A stretch of DNA of 64,000 nt from Nitrospirota bacterium (GTDB lineage Bacteria; Nitrospirota; UBA9217), in assembly GCA_963790205.1 (NCBI GenBank), contig CAWBNQ010000001.1, positions 160,001 to 224,000 on the forward strand, read 5' to 3'. The position numbers and the translations under genes are program-made. Every line of letters begins with the position of its first letter. The first letter of the stretch is position 1. This document shows, piece by piece, positions 20,495 to 31,457 of this stretch. Under the pieces are notes generated by a model. That model saw only the letters and a list, made by a program, of their open reading frames with translations, had not been told where the DNA came from and made no database searches.

Positions 20495-22807
20495 TCAGCT
20501 GCTGTCGAGGATCGACCGCACCTTCCTTAAAAGCTCGTTCACGGGGACGGGTTTCATGATGAAGTTCACTCCCGGCTCAAGCAGGCCCTTTCTCTGTACG
20601 GTGTCCGCGGTATAACCGCTCAGGAACAGAACCTTCATGTCGGGGCTGAAGATCCTGATCTTGGCGTAGGCCTCTCTGCCGTTCTTCTTCGGCATGATAA
20701 CGTCGAAAAGGAGCAATTTTATCAAGTCGCGGTGCTCCATGAACTTGTTTACCGCGTCCTCGCCGTCTTCGGCCTCGATGACCGTGTACCCGAATTGCTC
20801 CAGCACGTTCCTGGTGAGCTTCCGCACGACCTCATCGTCTTCAGCCACAAGCACGGTCTCGACGCCGCCTTGTATCGGCGGAAGCTCAAAAGGCTGCATC
20901 TGCCGCTCAAGCGCAGGAACGACGGGCAAATAGATCTTGAACGTCGTGCCTTTGCCCTCCTCGCTGGAAACGGTGATCGTGCCGTTGTGCTGTTTGATGA
21001 TGCCGTAGGCTATGGCGAGCCCCAGTCCCGTGCCCTGGCCCACTTCCTTGGTCGTGAAGAACGGTTCAAAGATCCGCTGCCGGGTCTTCTCGTCCATGCC
21101 CATGCCCGAATCGGTCACCGTGATGAGGGCGTAGGCGCCGTGCTTTCCGAATTCGTGGGCTTTCGCAGATTCTTCGGAGAACTCGATGCGCCCGGTTTCG
21201 ATGAAGAGATAGCCGCCCTCGGGCATGGCGTCCCGGGCGTTCGTCGCGAGGTTCATAAGCACCTGCTCGATCTGCCCGGCATCGGCCATCACGTTCACGT
21301 CGTCGTCGGTCAGCATGGTTTTGAGCTCGATATTCTCGCCGATGAGCCTTGTGAGAAGCAGGTCCACCTTCTTGATGATCGCATTCACGCTGACAGGCTG
21401 GGGGTTGAGGAGCTGCTTCCGGCTGTAAGCGAGGAGTCCCTGGGTAAGCGAGGCCGCCCGGTTGGCCGAAGAGAGGATCTGTTCGATATTGTATCGCAGG
21501 GGGTCCCCCTCCTTCATCTTCATCTGCAGCAGGCTGCCGTACCCGATGATCGCCGTCAGGATGTTGTTGAAGTCATGAGCAATGCCGCCCGCGAGCGTGC
21601 CGATGGATTCCATCTTCTGGGACTGGCGAAGCTGCTCCTCAAGCCGCTTGCGTTCCGATACATCGATTCCCACGGCCACAAGGTAGCGCTTGCCGATCGT
21701 GGTCATGCGGAACCCCGTCAGGAAGAACGGCACCGGTGTGCCGTTCTTCGTGGTGAGCCTCGCCTGGAGGGTGACTTTTCCCGAGGCAAAGAGGTCCTGA
21801 AGTGCGCTGTGCACGATGTCCCTGTCTTTACGAAAAAGCTCAAGCACGTTCAGGGAGCCCAGCTCCTCGCTGGAATAGCCGGTCACCGCCGCTTCGTTGT
21901 TGTTCCAGCGTATCAGGCGGCCTTCCTCATCACAGATGAAGAATATACCGGGCAGGTTGTCGATAATCGAGTCGGAGAAGCTTTTTTCCTGCAGCAGCGC
22001 CTCCTCGGCTTCCTTGCGCTTCGTGATGTCGCGCGTGATCCCCAGCAGGGCTATTATCTCATCCTTGTCGTTCCTGAGCGGGACCCCGTGGGTCTCGAGC
22101 CAGAGTTTGCGCCCATGGATGCCCGTCATCTCGAAATCGAGGGTTCCCGCTTCGCCTCGAAATACCCTCTCCGTGAGCCTGGTGAATGCTTCGCGGTGCC
22201 CCGCGGTAACGAGGGAACAGACCGACTGCCCCTTGACCTGGCTGAGCGACTCGGCCTCGATCATGTCGAGACCGGCCCGGTTCATCATGATGAGGTTGCC
22301 CTCGGCATCGATAAGCTTTACGCATTCCGGTTCGGTGTCGATGATCGTCTGGAGGAATTTCCGGCTTTCCCGCAGTTCCCGGTCGGTTTCGTCGCGGCCG
22401 GTTATGTCATGGATCATGGAGATGACGCCGTGAAGCTCCCCTGCCTCGTCCAGCACGGGCGTGTTGTGCCATTCGCAGGCGATCCGCTTCCCGCCCTTGT
22501 TGACGCCCGCGCACACGCCGAGCGTTGTCTTGCTCCCCTGCTGAATTGCGCGGCGCATGCACTCCGGCGGAGATTCCGCCCCCGGAAGCATAAGCTCACC
22601 CGCCTGCTTTCCCTTCGCCTCTGCTCCGGACCAGCCGAATATTTTTTCTGCGGCCGGATTCCACTCGAGGACGTGAAAATCCGCGTCCCAGACGATGTAC
22701 CCGAGGGGCATGCGATCAATAGAGAGGGCCAGTTGCCGATTACTATCGAGGATGTGCCCTGAGCGGTCGGAGAGGCCGGTGATATGTATTTCCTTGAGCT
22801 TTTTCAT
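20495..22807 (-). CDS. Hybrid sensor histidine kinase (3 PAS + HisKA/HATPase + REC)
   Basis: [12 protein letters not shown]-box, NARDAM, PFFTTK, GTGLGL, C-terminal receiver. Confidence 0.94.
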   Translation of the reverse strand: MKKLKEIHITGLSDRSGHILDSNRQLALSIDRMPLGYIVWDADFHVLEWNPAAEKIFGWSGAEAKGKQAGELMLPGAESPPECMRRAIQQGSKTTLGVCAGVNKGGKRIACEWHNTPVLDEAGELHGVISMIHDITGRDETDRELRESRKFLQTIIDTEPECVKLIDAEGNLIMMNRAGLDMIEAESLSQVKGQSVCSLVTAGHREAFTRLTERVFRGEAGTLDFEMTGIHGRKLWLETHGVPLRNDKDEIIALLGITRDITKRKEAEEALLQEKSFSDSIIDNLPGIFFICDEEGRLIRWNNNEAAVTGYSSEELGSLNVLELFRKDRDIVHSALQDLFASGKVTLQARLTTKNGTPVPFFLTGFRMTTIGKRYLVAVGIDVSERKRLEEQLRQSQKMESIGTLAGGIAHDFNNILTAIIGYGSLLQMKMKEGDPLRYNIEQILSSANRAASLTQGLLAYSRKQLLNPQPVSVNAIIKKVDLLLTRLIGENIELKTMLTDDDVNVMADAGQIEQVLMNLATNARDAMPEGGYLFIETGRIEFSEESAKAHEFGKHGAYALITVTDSGMGMDEKTRQRIFEPFFTTKEVGQGTGLGLAIAYGIIKQHNGTITVSSEEGKGTTFKIYLPVVPALERQMQPFELPPIQGGVETVLVAEDDEVVRKLTRNVLEQFGYTVIEAEDGEDAVNKFMEHRDLIKLLLFDVIMPKKNGREAYAKIRIFSPDMKVLFLSGYTADTVQRKGLLEPGVNFIMKPVPVNELLRKVRSILDSS

Positions 22808-22900
22808 TCTGATAAAGATGGATGTGCAAGAGCGAGTCTTGTCTGTGTCAGCCTGCAGTCTGGAAATCGCAATGAGTTGTTTTCAAACGTAACCTGTCGC

Positions 22901-22948
22901 CTGCGCTCTGCCCCTGCATCTGCATCTGCATCTGAATCTGAATCTGAA
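22901..22948. repeat. Degenerate hexamer tandem repeat (TCTGCA/TCTGAA)
   Basis: ctgcgc tctgcc cctgca tctgca tctgca tctgaa tctgaa tctgaa upstream of the kinase. Confidence 0.7.
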
Positions 22949-23169
22949 TAAATCATAGCAAATCTATAAATGTCTGTGCAAACATTTTCTTTCAGAATCT
23001 CTGTCATTTTCTTTTACGATGTCTGTCTATGGGTGTCTGTCTATGATTGAGGGTCGGCGTAATACCTTTGTTACAGAGGAGGGCCGTCGCAATACTGTTC
23101 AAGGGGAAAAGCGACGAGAGAGGCGTGCTTTATGTAGAGGTGATGAACACGTGCTGTTCGGCCGGGGCA

Positions 23170-23946
23170 TTACACCGTGAAGACGCCGGACACCCTGTAC
23201 CGGTCTGCGGTATAGAGCGTGATACGTTCGGAAAGAACAGCGCGGTGGGTCTTGAGCGCCACATCGGGACTGTTGTTCTGCTCCGAGAGATGCGAGAGGC
23301 AGGCCCACTTAAGCCGCTTGCCTTCCGCTGCGCGTTGCAGGAGCTCGGCTGCCTCCAGGTTCGAGAGATGGCCTTTCGGGCCTTTGATGCGCTGCTTGAG
23401 GTAGGCGGGATAAGGTCCCGTGGCGAGCATGTCCGGATCGTAGTTGCTTTCGAGGAAAACCGCATCGAGGGAGGAGACGAGGCGGATGAGTCCCTGGAAC
23501 ACGTGGCCGAGGTCGGTCATGATGCCGAGCCGTTTCGGGCCCGCTTCGATCACGAACGCCGACCCGTCCGCGCCGTCGTGGGGAGTGGGGACCGCCTGCA
23601 CGTGCACGTCGCCGAACCGGAGCTTCTCGCTCGACCGGAAGTGGCGCACGTCCTTGAGTTTTCCGAGCGTGCACCGGGACGCGGCCGCGGCGAGCGTGGC
23701 CGGCGTGACGTAAATCGGCAGGCCGTATTTGCGCTGAAACACGCCGGCATGCCGGATATGGTCGCCGTGGTCATGCGAGATGATCACCGCATCGATCGTG
23801 CGGATATCGCGGCCATGGGCCGCAAGCCGCTCCGCGGCCTGGACCCCGGTGATCCCGGCGTCGAAAAGAAGTTTTACGCTCGGGGTTTCTACGTAAATGC
23901 AGTTGCCGCTGCTTCCGGACTGGAGCGAAATGGCGATTATACTCAT
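23170..23946 (-). CDS. MBL-fold metallohydrolase (YycJ/WalJ-like)
   Basis: SGSSGN, SHDHGDH, PHDG, LESNYD, GHLSN, HLSEQNN; upstream TTGACA-N17-TACAGT. Confidence 0.9.
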   Translation of the reverse strand: MSIIAISLQSGSSGNCIYVETPSVKLLFDAGITGVQAAERLAAHGRDIRTIDAVIISHDHGDHIRHAGVFQRKYGLPIYVTPATLAAAASRCTLGKLKDVRHFRSSEKLRFGDVHVQAVPTPHDGADGSAFVIEAGPKRLGIMTDLGHVFQGLIRLVSSLDAVFLESNYDPDMLATGPYPAYLKQRIKGPKGHLSNLEAAELLQRAAEGKRLKWACLSHLSEQNNSPDVALKTHRAVLSERITLYTADRYRVSGVFTV

Positions 23947-24304
23947 GACGACCCTACTGTATCAATCATCCCGCAGCTTGTCAACGTGAAACATTACCAG
24001 CTTCTGCGATACGCGGGCAGATTTTACAACGCCGAAAAACCTGAAAGGCTTTTCAGCCGCAAAAAGGCGCATAAAGCGCAAAGAAAGCTCGACTCTTTAG
24101 ACAAAGTTCGAAATCTTTCTCTAGCTTTTGTGTCTTGTGCCCCTTTTTGCGGCCAAACATTCCTTGTCTCTTTTGAAGAATTTGATTCTCGAATAATTCC
24201 CGAAGGCAAGATTGTTCTTGAGTAGAGCGGCTTTGTTCCTTATAATATGAAGAAATATTTTTGTGCCTTTACAGACAACGGGTTTCGCCGGACGCATTAT
24301 AAAA

Positions 24305-25045
24305 ATGAAATCATCCCTCGACAACATTTCCATCGTCCTGGTGGACACGAAAACGCCGGCCAACATCGGCTCGGTGGCCCGGGCCATGATGAACATGGGT
24401 TTTTCCCGCCTGGTCCTCGTGGACCCGCCGGAGGACCAGCACGGTGAAGCGCGCAAACTTGCCGCGGGCGCATACGAAATTCTTGATAAGGCCGAAGTCC
24501 GCGGTACGCTCAAAGACGCGGTGTCGGACCAGGGCCTCGTGCTCGGCGCTTCCCGCCACAAGGGACGTCGTCGCAGGAATATTCATACACCCCGGGAGAT
24601 GGCCGAGCAGGCCGTCCCCCTGCTCGGCCGGAACAAGATCAGCCTGGTCTTCGGCAATGAGGTGAACGGCCTCGAAAACACCGACCTCGCGCTCTGTCAC
24701 GAATTGATCTCGATCCCGTCGTCAGAGGCATTTTCGTCATTGAACCTGTCTCACGCGGTCATGGTAGTGATGTACGAATTCTTCGTCGCGGCAGCGGCAG
24801 CGTCCTGCCCGGAAAACACCGAGCTTGCCCTTGACCGGGAGCTTGAGCGTTTTTATGAGCATATGAAAAATACCTTGCTGGATATTGAATTTATTGACGA
24901 TCGCAGCGCGGAACACATGATGTTTTCCCTGAGGCAGTTGTTCGGGAGGACACGGCTTGATGCCCGGGAAGTAGGAATTTTGCGGGGAATCCTGAGTGCC
25001 GTGGACAGGACCTCCCATGCAAAGCAAAAAGAGGTCGGCAGGTGA
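24305..25045 (+). CDS. trmJ: TrmJ/LasT family SPOUT RNA methyltransferase
   Basis: NIGSVARAMMNMG, VFGNEVNGL, SLNLSHAV. Confidence 0.88.
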   Translation: MKSSLDNISIVLVDTKTPANIGSVARAMMNMGFSRLVLVDPPEDQHGEARKLAAGAYEILDKAEVRGTLKDAVSDQGLVLGASRHKGRRRRNIHTPREMAEQAVPLLGRNKISLVFGNEVNGLENTDLALCHELISIPSSEAFSSLNLSHAVMVVMYEFFVAAAAASCPENTELALDRELERFYEHMKNTLLDIEFIDDRSAEHMMFSLRQLFGRTRLDAREVGILRGILSAVDRTSHAKQKEVGR

Positions 25046-25223
25046 CTCAATTTTAAATTATTATATGTTCTTCATTTAAACTATGGCATTGACATATCTC
25101 TTTTACTACCAGTATATTATTCGATAAGTAAAACTAAGGATGGACAGCATACGTTACAAGGATTATCAGCTAGCGGAGACACGGTAAAGACATCATTACA
25201 GAATTAATGGAGGCATGGGTCAT

Positions 25224-25646
25224 ATGGGAAATCCGAAACAAGCTTCAGGGACCGGCGTACTCGAACCAACAACCAAAGTCAAAATCAACTGCTGGGAGCA
25301 CAAAAAATGCGGACGGCAGCCCGGCGGCCATAAGGTGGCGGACCTGGGCGTCTGCCCCGTCACTACCTACGCCGACTTGGACGGCGCTCACGGCGGAAAG
25401 AACGCGGGACGGGCCTGCTGGGCGATCGCGGGTTCGCTCTGCGGAGGAAAGATCCAGGGGACGTATGCAATGAAGCTCTTGAACTGCTGGCGCTGCGAAT
25501 TTATGAATTCCGTGAAACTGGAGGAGGAACCCACGCCTCTCGGCTTTTCACACACACGGCTCGGCATGGACAAGTCCGTTGAAAAACTGAGACACTCGGT
25601 AGGGGTCATGAGTCACGATCGCAACAGCGAAGCAAAACGTTCGTGA
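25224..25646 (+). CDS. Cys-rich two-CW domain protein
   Basis: NCWEHKKCGR...CP...GGKNAGRACWAIAGSLCGG...CWRCEF; own TTGACA-N18-TATATT promoter (25089-25118). Confidence 0.75.
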   Translation: MGNPKQASGTGVLEPTTKVKINCWEHKKCGRQPGGHKVADLGVCPVTTYADLDGAHGGKNAGRACWAIAGSLCGGKIQGTYAMKLLNCWRCEFMNSVKLEEEPTPLGFSHTRLGMDKSVEKLRHSVGVMSHDRNSEAKRS

Positions 25647-25774
25647 TATGACCGGCAGCGCGAGGTCTTCCCGCCTTGCCTGCCATAGGCCTGATTATCG
25701 TTTGATACATGAACCACAGCGACGCGGGGTTCAATGACTTTCGCCTTGCTGTGGTTTTCCTTTTTTATGCCTCG

Positions 25775-26893
25775 CTAATCCGCCTGTCTTCTCAGGAACG
25801 TGGGCTTGTCCAGGTCCTCACAGTCGATGCCGAGCGCCTCGTTCTTGAAGTCGAAGGTCTCCTGCCTGCGTTTCGGCTTCTCCACGACCTTCATGTACTC
25901 CTTCAGGTTCACGGGCCGCTTCACGAGCTCGCGGATGCCTACTTCGTCGAAGCCGGTCGCGATAACGGTGACCATCACCTCTTCGCTCATCACCGGATTG
26001 ATCACCGCGCCGAAAATGATGTTTGCGCCCGGATCAACCTCTGCCTTGATGATCGCCGACGCCTCGTTCAGCTCATAGATGCCCATGTCGTTCCCGCCGG
26101 TAATATTGATGAGCACGGCGCGGGCGCCCTTGATGGACCCGTCCTCAAGCAGCGGGCTCGCGATCGCTCTCTGCGCCGCGTCCGCGGCCCTGTTTTCTCC
26201 CGTGGCCACTCCGGTCCCCATGACCGCCCTGCCGCGGCTCGCCATAACGGTCTTCACATCGGCAAAATCCACGTTCACGTATCCCGGCACCATGACCACG
26301 TCGGAGATCCCCTTCACGGCCTGCCCCAGCACGTCGTCGGCGAGCTTGAAGGACTCGAGGAGCGTCGTTTTCTTTTCCGCGAGGTTGAGGAGGCGCTCGT
26401 TCGGGATCACGATGAGGGCATCCACGCTTTTCCTGAGTTCGGCGATGCCTTCCTCGGCCTTGTGCATCCTCGTTACGCCTTCGAAGCTGAAGGGCTTGGT
26501 GACCACACCCACGGCCAGCGCCCCCACCTCGCGCGCGAGGCTCGCGATCACCGGCGCGGCCCCGGTGCCCGTGCCGCCGCCCATGCCGGCGGTGATGAAG
26601 ACCATGTCGGCGCCGGCTATGGCCGCCTTGATTTTTTCGGCGTCCTCGAGCGCGGCCGATCTGCCGATCTCGGGATTGGCGCCTGCCCCGCGTCCGCAGG
26701 TGAGCTTGGACCCGATCTGGAGTTTGATCGGCGCGTGCGCAAGCTCCAGGGCCTGCGTGTCCGTATTCGCCACGATGAACTGCACCCCCCTGATGTCGGA
26801 GCGCACCATGGTGCCTACGGCGTTGCTTCCGCCGCCGCCCACCCCGATCACCTTGATGACCGCAGGCTGTCTTTCTTCCTCAAACTGGAACAT
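25775..26893 (-). CDS. ftsZ: Cell division protein FtsZ (alternative upstream start at 27013/27016)
   Basis: [21 protein letters not shown] tubulin motif, NVDFADV, C-terminal PTFLRR. Confidence 0.97.
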   Translation of the reverse strand: MFQFEEERQPAVIKVIGVGGGGSNAVGTMVRSDIRGVQFIVANTDTQALELAHAPIKLQIGSKLTCGRGAGANPEIGRSAALEDAEKIKAAIAGADMVFITAGMGGGTGTGAAPVIASLAREVGALAVGVVTKPFSFEGVTRMHKAEEGIAELRKSVDALIVIPNERLLNLAEKKTTLLESFKLADDVLGQAVKGISDVVMVPGYVNVDFADVKTVMASRGRAVMGTGVATGENRAADAAQRAIASPLLEDGSIKGARAVLINITGGNDMGIYELNEASAIIKAEVDPGANIIFGAVINPVMSEEVMVTVIATGFDEVGIRELVKRPVNLKEYMKVVEKPKRRQETFDFKNEALGIDCEDLDKPTFLRRQAD

Positions 26894-27088
26894 CCCGTTA
26901 GCCCTCCCTTCCGCGTGTATCTCCGGTCCGTCGTTTTCGCTCCTGGCGCCGCCTTCCGTGTCCGCGACAAATTCCATGATATCCTGGAACCCCAACTCGA
27001 GATTATCGTCCATCATCCCTCCACGGAATTGCGGATTGGCGGATCGCGGAATGAATTGCAAAAATCCGCAATCCGAAATCTGCAATTC

Positions 27089-28310
27089 TTAAATGTATTC
27101 TCCCAGCCACTTCCAGAACCTGCCGAGCATGCCGCTCGCTTCTGAACTTGCGCGGCGCCTCCTGCTGGTTTTCGGCGCCGTAGAGCACAAGCCCCACTCC
27201 AGTGGCGTAGATGGGACTATTCACCACGTCCATGAGGCCGCCGATATTTCGCGGCGTGCCGCGCCGGATGGGCAGGCCGAGAAAACGCTCGGCCGCTTCC
27301 TGCACCCCGTCCATAAGCGCAACGCCCCCGGTGAGCACGATGCCTGAGGCGAACATGTCCTCGAAGCCGGTCTTCTTGAGCCGCTGCTGCACCATGCCGA
27401 AGAGCTCCTCGACACGGGGCTCGATGATCTCGGAAAGGATCTGGCGGGAAAGGAGCCTCGGCGGCCTTCCTCCCACGCTCGGCACGTCAAGGGTTTCTTC
27501 ATTTTTTACGAGCGATGAGAGAGCGCAGCCGTATTTGATTTTGATCTTCTCCGCTTCCGAAGCGGGCGTGCGCAGCCCGATGGCGATGTCGTTCGTCAGG
27601 TGGTTCCCGCCGATGGGCAGCACCTCGGTATGCCACAGGCTGCCTTCGAGAAAAAGGGCCACGTCCGTGGTCCCGCCGCCGATATCGACGACCACCACGC
27701 CGAGGCTCTGTTCTTCCGCGGTAAGCACCGCGCGGGAGGACGCGAGCGGCTGGAGGACGAGGTCGTTCACGTGGAGCCCGGCGCGTGAGCAGCTCTTAAC
27801 GATGTTCTGGATCGAAGTGAGGGCGCCGGTGATGATATGCACTTTGGCTTCGAGCCGGACCCCGAACATGCCGAGTGGGTCCTTAATGCCGTCCTGGTCG
27901 TCGATGATGAATTCCTGGGGAAGCACGTGAAGGACCTGCTGGTCCATGGGGATGTTGACGGCCCGGGCGGCGTCGATCACGCGCGCCATGTCGGAGGGCC
28001 CCACTTCCTTGTTCTTGATCGCAACGACGCCGCGGGAATTGATGCCCTTGATGTGGCTGCCGGATATGCCCACGTACACCGAGTTGATCTCGACACCGGC
28101 CATGAGTTCGGCCTCCTGGACCGCTTTTTTGATGGACTCCACCGTGCTGTCGATATTTACGACCACGCCTTTTTTCAAGCCATGCGAGGGGCTGATGCCG
28201 ATGCCGATGATGTCGACCTGCCCGTTTTCTTTTACTTCGCCCACGATGGCGCAGACCTTGGTCGTCCCCAGGTCCAGGCCCACGAGCACATTGTCCGGTT
28301 TTTTTACCAC
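27089..28310 (-). CDS. ftsA: Cell division protein FtsA; +1 frameshift near 27138 hides the C-terminal amphipathic helix
   Basis: GLDLGTTKV, DIGGGTTD, LTGG; shifted frame gives SGMLGRFWKWLGEYI*. Confidence 0.95.
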
Positions 28311-28503
28311 GGCGCACCCCCCGTTTTACGATAAGCTCGAAATTCCAAAATCCGAATTCTGATTTAAATTACAACTTGTAACCAATCATCAAATTTCAAC
28401 AGGCGACGGCTTGGGTCTCCCTGTGGCCATTGGCGTCTGCCTGGATCTTGAAGATTTACTGTTTCGCGCTTTCTCCTTACTCCTTACTCTCTGCACCTGT
28501 TGG

Positions 28504-29397
28504 TTAACGTCTCCTTTTGGTCTTCTGCCTCGTACCTTGGTCTGCTTTTTTCACCACCATCGCCGCGACCTGGCGCTCGGGACGGAGATCCACGTAGGCG
28601 ATGTCGAGGCCCCGCTGCTGCACGTCCGCCATGACCTCGGAAAGCCTGCGGAGCTTCTCCGCGTAATTGCCGCTTCCGATCTTGAACTCGTGCGACGCGT
28701 ATACGACACTCAGCGTCTCGGGAGAGTTCGCCTTGACCATGACCTCGGAAAGCCGCCATCCGCCGCGGGCCGAGATCTCTGCAAGAAGCGTCAGCGCCTC
28801 GGCCGTGCTTTCGGAATTCACCGGTTCTCCCGCTTCCGCCTTGCAGTCTTTGACGGCAATGACCGGAAGCGGCCAGGCGGAAGCCTCATCCTGTGCAAGC
28901 CGCTCGATGACCACTGCCTCGTTGTCTATCAGATACCTGCCGGCGCCGGTATCCAGGATAGCGTCGGGAACGCGCTCGACAACGGTCATGCTGATCCTGT
29001 TCGGCAGGCGCCGGTAGACCCGGATGTCCCTTATCCAGGGATTCTCATGTGCCCGCCGGGCTGCGGCCTCGAGGTCTACGCGAAAGATGTTCTGCCCCTT
29101 AAACATGCCGGCGATGCCCTTAAGGTCTGCCTCGCTGAGGTGCCGCACGCCGTTCACGTCGACTCCGGATATCTGAAATATCTCTGCATGCGTGAGCAGC
29201 CGGTACGCTTGCCAGCACAGCCAGCTTCCGCCGGCAAGGACGACAATCGCCAGGATATTCAGAAGGGCCTTCTTGAATCCCGCCGCGCCGGTCCCCCTTC
29301 GCCCGCCGGCGCGGCCCGCCTCAACGCGTCTGACGGTTGCGCGGCCCGTAGTCGTCCGGTACTTCCTCGGGACTTTTACGTTCTTATAGTCTCGCAT
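28504..29397 (-). CDS. ftsQ: FtsQ/DivIB
   Basis: Basic N-terminus, TM segment, POTRA (PWI...RRLPN), YVDLR. Confidence 0.9.
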   Translation of the reverse strand: MRDYKNVKVPRKYRTTTGRATVRRVEAGRAGGRRGTGAAGFKKALLNILAIVVLAGGSWLCWQAYRLLTHAEIFQISGVDVNGVRHLSEADLKGIAGMFKGQNIFRVDLEAAARRAHENPWIRDIRVYRRLPNRISMTVVERVPDAILDTGAGRYLIDNEAVVIERLAQDEASAWPLPVIAVKDCKAEAGEPVNSESTAEALTLLAEISARGGWRLSEVMVKANSPETLSVVYASHEFKIGSGNYAEKLRRLSEVMADVQQRGLDIAYVDLRPERQVAAMVVKKADQGTRQKTKRRR

Positions 29398-29484
29398 ATA
29401 CGATTTCAGATTTTGGATTGTCGATTGCCGATTGAACGGCTGCAATTTCCATAAATCTGCAATCTGAAATCGACAATCGAAAAC

Positions 29485-30411
29485 CTATGTTCTCTCCAGC
29501 GCCAGTCTCAGTATCTCTTCCACCAGATCGGGAAACGATATCCCGACGCCCTTCGCGATCTCCGGCAGCAGGCTGGTGGCGGTCATGCCCGGCAGAGTGT
29601 TCACTTCGAGAATATGGGGCGCGCCGCTTTCGTCGATAATGAAGTCGACCCTGCTGTAGCCCCGGCCGCCGATGGCGCGGTGCGCGGCCATACCCGCTTC
29701 GAGCGTCCGTTGATAGTCCGCCTCGGGGATACGGGCCGGGAAAAAGTGGTCCGACATGCCTTTCTCGTACTTCGCCGCGTAATCATAGAATGCCCGCTTC
29801 GGGACGATTTCGATGGCGCCGAGCGCCCGGGCTCCGAGGATGCCGACCTGGACCTCCTTGCCTTTGATGAATTTTTCGATCAGGATCTCGTCCCCGTATT
29901 TGAACGCAAGCTCCACTGCCGGCGTGACTTCCTCGTTCTTGAAGACAAGGCTCACGCCCACGCTCGAGCCCTCGGCATGGGGCTTGATCACGACCGGATA
30001 CTGCAGATGGGAGACAATGCTGTGCACGTCGCCGGCGCTGCCGGCATAGATGACCTCGTAGGGGCCGACAAACAGGCCCTGCGACCTGAATACCTGCTTC
30101 GATACGGTCTTGTTCATGCCGAGAGCGCTCGCCAGGATGCCGGAGCCGGTATAGGGGATTCCCATGACTTCGAGCATGCCCTGGATCGCGCCGTCCTCGC
30201 CGAACTTGCCGTGAAGGGCGATAAAAGCGGCCTCGATGCCCTGTTCGTGGATTTTCCCGGCAACGTCTCTGCCCACGTCGACGGCAACGGCGTGGTAGCC
30301 CTTTTCATGAAGCGCTTTTAAAATGGCGGTGCCGCTCGCGATGGACACTTCGCGCTCCGAAGACAACCCGCCCAGGAGGACACCGATCTTTTTATTCGTA
30401 ACAAGAGCCAT
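29485..30411 (-). CDS. ddl: D-alanine--D-alanine ligase
   Basis: GGLSSEREVS, LHGKFGEDG, LEVNTLPGMT. Confidence 0.97.
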   Translation of the reverse strand: MALVTNKKIGVLLGGLSSEREVSIASGTAILKALHEKGYHAVAVDVGRDVAGKIHEQGIEAAFIALHGKFGEDGAIQGMLEVMGIPYTGSGILASALGMNKTVSKQVFRSQGLFVGPYEVIYAGSAGDVHSIVSHLQYPVVIKPHAEGSSVGVSLVFKNEEVTPAVELAFKYGDEILIEKFIKGKEVQVGILGARALGAIEIVPKRAFYDYAAKYEKGMSDHFFPARIPEADYQRTLEAGMAAHRAIGGRGYSRVDFIIDESGAPHILEVNTLPGMTATSLLPEIAKGVGISFPDLVEEILRLALERT

Positions 30412-30548
30412 GATTTAAAATTACAAATCCCAAATGCCAAACATCAAATAATACTCAAAATTCCAATGACCAAAACGTTTGGAATTTACAAGTTTCGTGC
30501 TTGTAGTTTATTTGGTATTTGGTGCTTGTTGTTTGGAATTTGTCCCTC

Positions 30549-31457
30549 CTAATCTTCCCCGAGGATCTTGATCTCCGGCTCGAGCCGCACGCCGTGCACC
30601 TCGAGCACGGTCTGCTTCACGACCTCCATGAGCGTCAGCACGTCCCTGGCCGTCGCTTTGCCCCGGTTCACGATAAAGTTGGCGTGCCTTTCGGAGACTT
30701 GCGCCTCGCCGACCGTTTTTCCCTTGAGTTTCGCAGTTTCGATGAGCTTGCCCGCCGATTCTTCATACGGGTTCTTGAACACCGAGCCTGCACTGGGAAA
30801 ACCCATGGGCTGTCGCTGCTTCCTCTTGTCGAAAAGGTCCTTGACGCGCGCTTTTATCTGTTCCTTGTCCCCGCGGCGCAGGACGACCCGTACTTCAACG
30901 ACAAAGTGGCCCTCGGGAATGTTCGCAGTGCGATAACCGAACTCCATCTCGTCCCTGTTTCTCGTGACGGACTCGCCGTCGGGCGCAACGAGCGCCACCG
31001 ACTCGACGATATCGCCGAACTCCCCCGCTGCCGTACCGGCATTCATGCACACGGCGCCGCCGACCGTACCCGGGATGCCTCCGGCAAATTCGAGCCCGGT
31101 GAATCCCTGGTCAGTGGCAAACGAATGAAGCTTGGGCAGGGGCGCTCCCGCCTCGGCAAGCACCGCGGCGAAAGCGCCTCCCACGGACCGGTACTCGCGC
31201 TCGATCCGGATGGCCCCCATGCGCTGCAGGGTGATCACCACGCCGCGAAAGCCGCCGTCGCGCACGAGCAGGTTGGTGCCGCCGCCGAGGATGAAATACT
31301 TCAGCCGTTGTTTGTTGATCTCCTTGAGCAGCGTGATGAGATCGTCGCGGTCGGCCGGATAGGCAAGTATGTCCGCCGGTCCTCCGATGGCGAACGACGT
31401 GTGCCTGCTGAGCGGTTCGTTTCTCTTTATCTCTCCCTTAAAGTTTGCGAGCTCCAT
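30549..31457 (-). CDS. murB: UDP-N-acetylmuramate dehydrogenase
   Basis: [33 protein letters not shown]. Confidence 0.97.
   Translation of the reverse strand: MELANFKGEIKRNEPLSRHTSFAIGGPADILAYPADRDDLITLLKEINKQRLKYFILGGGTNLLVRDGGFRGVVITLQRMGAIRIEREYRSVGGAFAAVLAEAGAPLPKLHSFATDQGFTGLEFAGGIPGTVGGAVCMNAGTAAGEFGDIVESVALVAPDGESVTRNRDEMEFGYRTANIPEGHFVVEVRVVLRRGDKEQIKARVKDLFDKRKQRQPMGFPSAGSVFKNPYEESAGKLIETAKLKGKTVGEAQVSERHANFIVNRGKATARDVLTLMEVVKQTVLEVHGVRLEPEIKILGED

Noticed and set aside
20732..22762. 676-aa plus-strand ORF, and similar long shadow ORFs (25709-27145, 5479-6774, 23047-24225, 50772-51851)
   Set aside because: Antisense or alternate-frame shadows of well-supported genes in GC-rich DNA, with no recognisable motifs
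22804..23007. 67-aa ORF with SDSDSDADADA
   Set aside because: The low-complexity peptide is a by-product of the hexamer tract; no independent support
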